Source: Strigamia acuminata (taxonomy: Eukaryota). From it: a stretch of 64,000 bases of DNA. The notes under the pieces were generated by a model. The model was not told the origin of the DNA and did not search any database. It was given only the letters and a program-made list of their open reading frames with translations. The stretch spans positions 26,722,001-26,786,000 of the forward strand of contig OX442314.1 of assembly GCA_949358305.1 (NCBI GenBank), read 5' to 3'. A program made the position numbers and the translations under genes. Shown one piece after another: positions 54,901 to 64,000 of this stretch; the first letter of the stretch is position 1, and the number at the start of each line of letters is the position of its first letter.

Positions 54901-57900
54901 GGGGGGGAGGGGGTTTCAAATTTTGTTACGGGTTGTTACGACGGGGAGGGGGGGGGGGGGTTCTTAATAATGTTACGTAACAAAACTTTTTTTAACATTT
55001 TTGAAATTATTTTTAAATTTTTGAAAATTTTTGAAAATTTTTGAAAATTTTTGAAAATTTTTGAAAATTTTTGAAATTTTTTGAAAATTTTTGAAAATTT
55101 TTTGTAAAATTTTTGAAATTTTTGAAAACTTTTGTATTATAAGCTTGTATCAAATTATTTTTTTTGGGGGGGGGGGGGGGTGGTGAGTTTTGTTACGTAA
55201 TATAATATTCTAGGGGGGGTTTGAGGATTTGTTACGACCTTGTTACAGGGGGGGGGGGAGGGGGTCTAAAAATCGGAAAATTGGCGTTACGTAATATATG
55301 GACGGCCCCTAAGCGGCCGATCTGTAGCGCTTGATTTGGCTTATAATTCGTTAATTAGTTGCTAAATTTCACCATAAGTAAATACAGTCGAAACTTTTTA
55401 TAACGAATTGCAAGGGACCCGAAAAATCAATTCGTTATAACGAGAATTCGTTATATCGAAATTTTTTAACATGGGATTCTATGGGAAGTCAACCGAACCG
55501 ACCATTTTTAGGTATTCGTTATATCGATAATTCGTTATACCGCGATTCGTTATAAAGAGTTTTGACTGTATACTCCTGTTTGCAGACTGTCCAGCAAATA
55601 TCCTTACAACTGAACAGATTAGGAAATAGGAATATAAATCTAAATGGTTGAAACTTTTGTTGGAGGTTCAACTAAGGTTTCTACGTTTTAGCTTTTTAAA
55701 GTTGGAGTTTACAGATATCTTGATGCCAATTTCAAACTGCGCATCACATTCTGCGCATGCATTTAACACAGCGATTGTTAAGCTTGTTGCACACAAAGGA
55801 ACTAAAGCAACTAAATTTTGGTATTGTGCTGTAAATTACTTTTGTTGATAAGTTTATCGTTGTTTATTACTAAGGCCTAATATTAGGTTTAATACTGCTA
55901 AACAACAACTGGAATTAGGAAAGCAACTGCGCAAAATGGGATGTGCAGTATGAATTTGACATCAAGATACCGGGCACGAACTGTAGCAAAAGTTGTACAG
56001 TCTAATCCCATTATAGCCCATTATAACGTCTGCTGCCGGGGGAAAATAACATGGTTTCCAACCGAACCTAATCTGTTCTAACCCATCCTAAATCTAGCCT
56101 AAATATGGCAATAAGCCATTTGGATTTGTCTCCAAAAACTCCATTGTAAGCAGAAAAGTAAAGCAGAATAGAGGATACTTTGACTCATCAATAGACACTT
56201 ACTTGTTAGCAAATAGTAAAAGTCTATGGAGATTTTGAAAAAGTTTTTCTCGGATTGGACCATAGGGGTCTAAGCGGGACTCTATAATACGCGCGATATT
56301 CTTATCCGCGATGTCGCGGTTATGAATGTCACGTCCATTCATAAGCGCGAATTCGCGGATAAGAATATTGACGGTATTCACAACCGCGACACTGTGGGAG
56401 CAACTAATTCAAATCCGCGACATCGCGGGTATGAATATCACGTCCATTCATAACCGCGACAGCATTTTTAATTGTTGTGTTTTTGTTTTTTGATGATTTT
56501 AATGATTTTTAATGATTATTTATTGTTTATTGCTTATGACATGAAAATGCGCAGGGTCGAGGCAACATCATGCCGACAGTACGGACAACGTGGGGTTGTT
56601 CGTACACGTTGGGCATCGGCCATCACACAGGCGCTGCACTTCGTGCAAAAGTTGGCAGAAGAATATGATTTGGTTTTGGGTGGTATCTGTGCAGGGGTAA
56701 TGGAAATGTCAATGGTATTTCAATGGTAAATGAGAATTTTAGGGTGTTTTGGTGGAGTTTGTTGGGTGTATGACACGTCCACGTAACGCAGAACGTTACG
56801 TGGACGTGTCATACACCGTTCACGGTAGTTTTCGCGCTTATGAATGTTCATTGAAGTCGAGGAACGTCGCGGTTACGAATATAAAGTCATTCGTAACCGC
56901 GAATTCGCGGACATAAACAGCGATGGTATTCTAAACCGCGAATTGTGGATTCGCGGTTTTGAATATCGCGCGCATTATGGATCACCGTCTAACAAGGGGA
57001 GAGCACCAATAAGCTATCACAGATTGTTGTAATATTAAACAAGAAGGATTGTTATATCATGCTGAATGAGACCCTAAAATAATTTCATTCCATAAACAGC
57101 CAACAATGCAAACAATGAGCTCAAAGTTGGCACTATTTTGTCTGTGTATACATCAAATCTGAGCAATCAGGCCTAGTGTATGAATACTGTAAACAACAGT
57201 TGCTAGGTAAAAAATAGTCCCAAGATCCAAGTTCAATTTTATCATTTGAGATTCAATGATGTCATTTCCTCTTTTGATATCACATGACATATTACATCAG
57301 AACTTTGTTCAACAACATGACTGTCTTCATGAAGACAATAATAGTTTGTAGTGGTGGTCCAGTGGTTCAGGCAATGGACTAGGAATCTTTCCATACAGAT
57401 TCAAATCCTGGTGTGTGTGAAAATTTTTTACTTTTATTTTTTAATTTTTTTTAGCAGTAATTTTAATGTTTGTAATTTTATGTTTGTTAAAAAATTAAAA
57501 TTAATTAATTAAAGTTTTCTAAAAACAAACATAAAATTACAAACATTAAAATTACTGCTAAAAAAAAATAAAAAATAAAAGTAAAAAATTTTCACACACA
57601 CCAGGATTTGAACCTGTATGGAAAGATTCCTAGTCCATTGCCTGAACCACTGGACCACCACTACAAACTATTATTGTCTTCATGAAGACAGTCATGTTGT
57701 TGAACAAAGTTCTGATGTAATATGTCATGTGATATCAAAAGAGGAAATGACATCATTGAATCTCAAATGATAAAATTGAACTTGGATCTTGGGACTATTT
57801 TTTACCTAGCAACTGTTGTTTACAGTATTCATACACTAGGCCTGATTGCTCAGATTTGATGTATACACAGACAAAATAGTGCCAACTTTGAGCTCATTGT

Positions 57901-60900
57901 TTGCATTGTTGGCTGTTTATGGAATGAAATTATTTTAGGGTCTCATTCAGCATGATATAACAATCCTTCTTGTTTAATATTACAACAATCTGTGATAGCT
58001 TATTGGTGCTCTCCCCTTGTAAGCTTACCTATCAGTCATTGTTGTTTATATATTCTGCAGGTGAGTGGTATATCCACTGAGATCTTCAACCAGATTCAAG
58101 CAGTTGAAAACGACCACGATGCTACAACGGCGGCTTCACTCGAAGCGGTGGAAAGGAGGGGCGAGATGATGGTTCGGGTATTGGATATTAGGAACATGGG
58201 CAGATCAGCAGCGGAGCAAGCAAAGCGGTTTCTTTTACCAGATCCGAACTATACAGTTCGGTTTGTCGAGATAGTTAAGAGACCCGGGCAAACCCTTGGA
58301 CTCTACATTCGGGAGGGTAACGGAATGGACCGCCACGATGGAGTATTTATTTCGAGAATTGCCATTGAAAGCGCTGTAGCCAACAGCAGATGTCTGGCTG
58401 TAGGTGATGAAATCCTTGCGGTAAATCTTGTAGACATCACTAGGGTTAGTTTGGATGATGTGGTTATCATGATGTCAATTCCCAGGAGACTAGTCTTAAC
58501 CACAAAGTCCAGGAAGCACGGAAAAGGACCCCGTATGGTAATGCCCAAAGCTATTGAGAGGGTGGGGCCTCCGGTGGTAGTGATCAAAAAGGAGCTCGAG
58601 GAGTTGGAACCGGAAGATGCTTCCAACAGCAATGGGGAAAATGGGGTTATGATGTATCCGCCGCAACCGTACGCTACGATCCATTTGGGAGAACCCGTTG
58701 GAAGCCCGTATCTGGCCGAAGAACAGTACCTCTACTACAATTCCCAACCACACTTGAAGTATCAACAGCAGCTGATGGAGCATGATCCGTGGTTGTCGCA
58801 ACCAGGACCTAGCGGTTATCAGCGGGTTGTGTACGAGCAACCCAAAGCGCTACCACAGGCCCAGTATCCTAAGACTCTGGAGTCTCTGGCTGAACAGGTG
58901 CACACGTTTTATTCGGGACCGCACGGTGCTGCCACCATTCATTCTAGGACCTTGCAGCCTAGTCGTTCTGAGCGTGCTCTGGCTCGCAGGGTGGCAACTA
59001 CCGGTCGGATGTTGAGGGCGGAGAGCGATCATCGGTTGGCTTCTTCGTTGACAGATCGGCCGTACACAACGGGGCGAGTAAGACCTCTTCGGCCCAGCCT
59101 GAAGGTTCCCGGGCCAACGTGTGCAACTTTACCTCTTCATCATCGGCGGCCGCCTCCGCCTGTCCACAGGCTGGGCGTCTATAGCCATCGGTCGGACGGA
59201 GCCTATTCGGATACAGAAGCAATGACAATGCCTGCGGTATCAATTCTGAGTAGACCACAAGAGTCTAGTGCTAGGTCTTATGCTAGCAGATCCAATTCTC
59301 TTCCAAGAATGAGAACAGACGACAGGTTCCATCGTCGCCATAGACATACTGTAAGGTTCGAAAAAGATATCCACGATTCTCAGGATGAGAGTGACGGTGC
59401 TTTGTCGGCACCTGAGTTGCCCATGCGTAGGGAGCGAGGTGAAGTTTGAGACGAGGTTTTGCTGAATTTGTGTAATTTTGGTTTTTTCTTTTAACAGTTC
59501 GTATCCCGTCATCTCCAAGTGTTTTTACTGCGGCGGAGTATCGTGCTTGGTTAAATCGAGCACCTTCTACGTCCGCTATTTACGAGAAGTTGAAGAAAAG
59601 CCGAGAAGTTTTGCATGCACAAAAGACTGCTCGTGTTACATACAGTGCGGAGAATCTTCTTGATCTAAGACGGGACGTAAGTATTGACACTGCCAGCTAT
59701 CGGTCCAACGGACAGATTTAAGCGAGCCTGCAAACGGTTAATTGTAAACATAGTTTGTTTGTTCTTATCTTATCTTACTGGGAAACAATTTCTACTTTAA
59801 AACCAGAATGTGGGGCACAATTAATAATCCTTAACAAAATTTCCAAGTCTTGAGGCCTTTAGAATTTGTTTGTCTCGACTCTCAAGGCTCTCACAATCAG
59901 TGGCAGTGGCAGTGGGCGCACACATATCGCGATTTCGCATCGCGTCGCGATGGCGTTGCCATTGCACATGTGCAGGTGATGTCATTTCCTTTGCGCCGGT
60001 TCAAAATCTACTTTTGAAAATAGTACTTGTCCCAAGTACTATTTTGCCCGCGATTCATGCTGCAGCCAATCCGCTAGCTGTGTGAAATGACGTCATTTCA
60101 TCAACATTTTCGGTTGCTGTAAAATGATCAGGAATGACGTCATGACATTGAAATAGCAACGCTGGAACAGCTATATGTGTGTAGCATTGCGCGCGATTCA
60201 CAGGGCAATGCGAAATCGCGGTATGTGTGTGCCCAGCATTAGTGGTAGGCGAGCTAGGTTTTTGCCTAGGGCCTGTACTGTTTGCTTGCAGAGGCCTCAT
60301 GGCTGGGACTCTATAGGGCCTTGCAGATACTAAAGCCGCCACTGATAGAATGTGTTTGTCCTGAGGCTTCCTTAAAGGTCATGGGAAGAGAAAAATAAAA
60401 ATTGAGGAGAAGATTGTTTGTGTCATTATTAGACCAAATCCATTGTTGAAACGTGTTCAATTGTTTCGAGAGTGTTATATCGTTCGTTTAAACGTTTGAA
60501 AATTCTCAAATGTCCTCCATTTTTAGTTTTCGAAAGTTTCCAAAAGTTGCCGTTGGTGGCGCTATTTATGACGTCATCGGCGACAAACAAGCAGCTTTTT
60601 AGCATGGGCTTGGCTTCATTTAAGAGCTACAAAATTTTTTTTCCAAATTTGACAACACTGTTAGGTTATTGGGATTTTAATATTCAGTAAATATTCCAAT
60701 TTGCTATTTGTTGCAAGTGTATAGGTTCAAAAGAACTAATAATAAATTTTCGTAGCTCTTAAATGAAGCCAAGCCCATGCTAAAAAGCTGCTTGTTTGTC
60801 GCCGATGACGTCATAAATAGCGCCACCAACGGCAACTTTTGGAAACTTTCGAAAACTAAAAATGGAGGACATTTGAGAATTTTCAAACGTTTAAACGAAC

Positions 60901-63744
60901 GATATAACACTCTCGAAACAATTGAACACGTTTCAACAATGGATTTGGTCTAATAATGACACAAACAATCTTCTCCTCAATTTTTATTTTTCTCTTCCCA
61001 TGACCTTTAACAGATGTAAATGTGTGAGAAAAAATGGGCCTAAATCACGTGGTTTGTGGTATAAGACTTAAACCCAGGATTTAGTGAAATGGGTTTGTAC
61101 TGTTATTTTTTCTTTCTTAATGTTTTCAGGATCAAGGGTTTTCTTACTACACCTACCGCCGACCACTTTCTCGAACTTCTCAGGACCAAGCAACAGGTGG
61201 AACGTTATCGCGTAGAGTCCGATATCTTCTAGACGAAGCACAGAACATTCCTCACCCCACCCCTGCAAAACCATCAGATTTCAAAATGCATTTGCTAGAT
61301 ATCAACCCAGCTGAGTTCCTAAAATATCGGCCTGAAAGAGAGCCATTGCCAACACCTGCTGAAGCTCCAGTCACTCCTGTGCCCACCCCTTCACCCTCTT
61401 CACTGATGGATACCAAACTCTTTAGTGGTCTTCTTCGAGTTCACCTTCTGGCAGGCCGTGGTCTGAAACATTCGGGTCGTTCCGAACGCTATCGTGATCT
61501 GTATTGTGTATTGGAGTGTGACCATGTACACAAAGCAAGGACCGTAGTTCGAACTGGAGAACAGAATTTTGATTGGGATGAGATTTTTGATTTGGATCTC
61601 ATTTGCAATCGGGAGCTAGAGTTTCTTATTTATAGCTGGGATCCTCAATTCAGGCATAAACTTTGTTACAAGGGATCCGTTGATCTGTATAGCCTTTTGT
61701 CGGAAGGGCCGGTGCATCAATTGGCACTAAAGATAGAACCTCGTGGAACCATATATTTAAAATTACGCTTTACCGATCCTCAACAGGCCTTTCGACGAGC
61801 TCTGAACTTGCGTAAAGGCTCGCTTTTTGGTGTGCATTTAGAGACAGTGGTTACTAGAGAATCAGCTTCTTCTGGTTTGAATGTTCCTCTGCTTGTAAAG
61901 CGGTGTATTGAAGAAGTGGAAGGAAGGGGTCTAGATATAATTGGTCTGTACAGACTATGTGGGTCTTCATCTAAGAAACGAATGCTTAGAGATGGATTTG
62001 AAAGAAATCCATTAGTTGTGGACACTTCTCCAGATAACGTACCAGACATCAATGTAATTACAGGTAAGTCGTCAATGATTAAGAAAGTTGTCTTCTTTTT
62101 GTCGTCATTCTTGCAAAATGTTTGACGTGTCAACATTTTTGTTGCAGGGGTCTTAAAGGATTATTTCAGAGAACTGCCAGAACCTTTGATAACCCAGTGT
62201 TTACATCAGATGTTAATGGATGCATTTTCTGTTTGCATTCCGGAGGATCCCGATGGGAATGCTAAATTAATGTTTAGTATATTGGATTGTTTACCTAAAG
62301 TTAACCGGGTAAGAACTTGTACAATTACAACTCTTCTACAGTCCTGCAGCTTGCTTACTCACTTGTCAGTGAGGTACTGCTGGGTCACTATTGAGGTTTC
62401 AGAGAAAGCACGTGCTTAAGCCTGCGCTGTACTGAGCATTATGGGATCACTAAAGAGAGACATCAAAGCCAAATGCTTCACATATATTTTCTTATGCGTG
62501 GAAGTTTTAGTCGCGGCTTTAACATATCCGAGCCCCTGGCAAGCGTGGAAAGGCGAGGCCTTAGGCAAGCATGGAAATGTCTGGCCCTAGGCAAGCATGG
62601 AAATGTGCGGCCCTAGGCAAGCATGGAAATGTATGGCCCTAGGGAAGCATGGAAATGTGTGGCCCTAGGCAAGTCTGGAAATGCGAGGCCCTGGGCAAGT
62701 TACTCACACGTAAGTTATAGGAACACAAATTTATATGAAGCAGTCGGGGCTCTCTTAACACTTTTTAGCGCCCCGGGCTTAAAAAAATCAGACGCTCCTT
62801 GCCCCTTGTCGTAATTTAAAAAAAATTATTTTTACATTTACAAGTTATTTAAGACTCGTTATTGGAGGCACCTGACGCCCCCGGGCTGCAGTCCAGTTAG
62901 CCTAATGGTTAAGGTGGCCCAGGAAGCAGTAAAGTCTCAGATCAGCTCCCGGAGTGCAATTTTTTGGTCTTCGGGAGTTCGAAATGCCAAAAAGCATTGG
63001 TTAGCAATCGGGGGTTCGGCTTGTGCGGTTGAAACAGGCCCACAAGCCTAGAGGGGCCCACAAAGAATAAAAAAATTTTTTTTTTAAATAAATGAAATAT
63101 TATTGCTCTGCTAAAGAGCCCATCAACCCAACTTGCACACGGGTCATTGACTTGTTGATACGCCACTGGCAAAAAAGGATGAGTTTTTCAATCGATGTCT
63201 TTTCGTTGCAGTGTACGCTTATACTACTGATGGACCATTTGAAGTTAGTAGTTTCACAAAGTGAAAGGAACAAAATGGACGCTCAGAATTTAGCACTGTG
63301 TTTTGGTCCTGTTCTTCTTGTTCATTCGGACCCCAATTCATCGATAACCGATTTTCATAAACCCGTTCAGGTTCTCAAATATTTACTTGAGATCTGGCCC
63401 TCAAAGCAGCAGGGTGAGTAAAAACCAAAAGCCATCAAATGCAACTTACTATTTTTTTTTTTTTTTTTTGAAAAATTTTTTTGTTATAAATTAAATTTTT
63501 CAAATTTTTTACTTTGAGAAAAAAAAAATTTTTAAGACTTTTTTTTTTTTGGAAAATTTTTTCTTGGGTTTTTAATATGGCGGTGTTGATGGGTGCGGTG
63601 ACATCATTTATAGAAAGTTCCGGAGATGGTGAAAGTAGTGAAAAGGTGCACGACAACCACTGCCAACCCGACCAACCCACCTTGGACAGTGAGCAGGTGG
63701 AAGGAAAGGAGAACGGAAGCCCGGAGGGAGCATGCAGGTGGTAA
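51955..63744 (+). CDS. RhoGAP100F: RhoGAP100F / Syd-1 (PDZ-C2-RhoGAP synaptic scaffold); exons 51955-51978, 52119-52244, 58061-59438, 59498-59676, 61130-62063, 62148-62308, 63212-63413, 63614-63744 (3' end uncertain)
   Basis: DFRK|VSGISTEIF..VENDHD; PDZ (VEIVKRPGQTLGLYIREGNG); C2 (LRVHLLAGRGL..DLYCVLECD); RhoGAP with arginine finger (GLYRLCGS, LKDYFRELPEPL, NKMDAQNLALCFGP). Phases are consistent. Confidence 0.92.
52635..53114. mobile_element. PIF/Harbinger-like MITE
   Basis: TWA-flanked TIR ggggtttcattaaatgagcgatta / taatcgctcatttaatgaaacccc. Confidence 0.85.
53328..53573. mobile_element. hAT (Charlie-like) MITE
   Basis: TSD gtttagac/gtctagac; TIR cagcgtttcccaaact / agtttaggaacccctg. Confidence 0.8.
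54869..55309. mobile_element. PIF/Harbinger-like MITE
   Basis: TAA TSD; perfect TIR ggggccgtccatatattacgtaacgcc; internal 10-bp ttgaaaattt repeat. Confidence 0.9.
55385..55568. mobile_element. Tc1/pogo-like MITE, copy 2
   Basis: ta-cagtcgaaact...agttttgactg-ta; inverted homologue of 10742-10910. Confidence 0.8.
56275..56987. mobile_element. TIR element with ccgcga subrepeats and an internal perfect hairpin
   Basis: ataatacgcgcgatattc / gaatatcgcgcgcattat inverted ends. Confidence 0.65.
56993..58019. mobile_element. Foldback element with ~495-bp near-perfect arms, TAA TSD (Harbinger-like) and a tRNA-like core
   Basis: Arms 56993-57488 and 57524-58019 are reverse complements with very few differences. 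TAA at 56990-56992 and 58020-58022. Confidence 0.9.
59912..60236. mobile_element. MITE
   Basis: tgggcgcacacatatcgcgatttcgcat / atgcgaaatcgcggtatgtgtgtgccca. Confidence 0.7.
60376..61006. mobile_element. Kolobok-like non-autonomous element with ~255-bp TIRs
   Basis: TTAA on both sides and AG...CT termini. Arms are 60376-60630 and 60752-61006. Confidence 0.8.
62532..62700. repeat. ~30-bp GC-rich tandem repeat (ggccctaggcaagcatggaaatgt), probably the interior of a TE
   Basis: About 6 visible units. Confidence 0.8.
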
Positions 63745-64000
63745 TTCCTGGTCGGGACAATGTTTACTGCCAGAAACATCTTGCTGAAAAAAAAGAGTAA
63801 AAAAAAAAAAATTAATAATAATGATAATTAATAATAATCATAATAATATTAATAATATTACTACTAATAATAAATTGTTTGGATATACTTATAACAAATT
63901 TTATTTGTTAAAAAATATAATAATGATGATTATAACTGGTAGAAAAATTTTAGAGAAACTTTCTTTGAGATAAACTTTATCCCTGTGTGAATGGTGTGCC

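Noticed and set aside
57348..57418. Functional tRNA gene
   Set aside because: A/B boxes are present, but I could not form a convincing acceptor stem. It is duplicated inside a transposon, so I treat it as tRNA-derived.

Overview
This window is AT-rich, intron-dense eukaryotic DNA, most consistent with an arthropod (peritrophin-type chitin-binding proteins, a RhoGAP100F/Syd-1 gene and a three-repeat Myb). I hand-spliced ten genes using splice sites with consistent reading phase. In order they are: the 3' end of an unknown gene, two tandem low-complexity genes that appear to be distant paralogues, Ras1 (-), an ALDH3 fatty-aldehyde dehydrogenase (+), Myb (+), two convergent CBM14 chitin-binding genes, TAF8 (-) and RhoGAP100F/syd-1 (+). 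Introns hold many MITEs (hAT, Harbinger, Tc1/pogo, piggyBac, Kolobok-like, Mutator-like) and A/T-tract minisatellites. Five features stand out. (1) ALDH3 has two clusters of duplicated, equal-length, mutually exclusive exons (2 x 136 nt and 3 x 116 nt) that swap predicted substrate-pocket segments, plus alternative C-termini. (2) TAF8 intron 1 holds GC-rich, extensively self-complementary non-coding islands, one containing a candidate frameshifting poison exon. (3) A Mutator-like element with a 9-bp TSD carries a captured axonemal dynein (DNAH6-like) exon fragment. (4) Two disordered proteins share an unrecognised N-terminal motif and a CG-x4-[WF]-[DE]DGPLPRP motif. (5) A ~500-bp near-perfect foldback with a tRNA-like core lies next to the syd-1 PDZ exon. 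All family assignments come from recalled motifs; no searches or folding were run.
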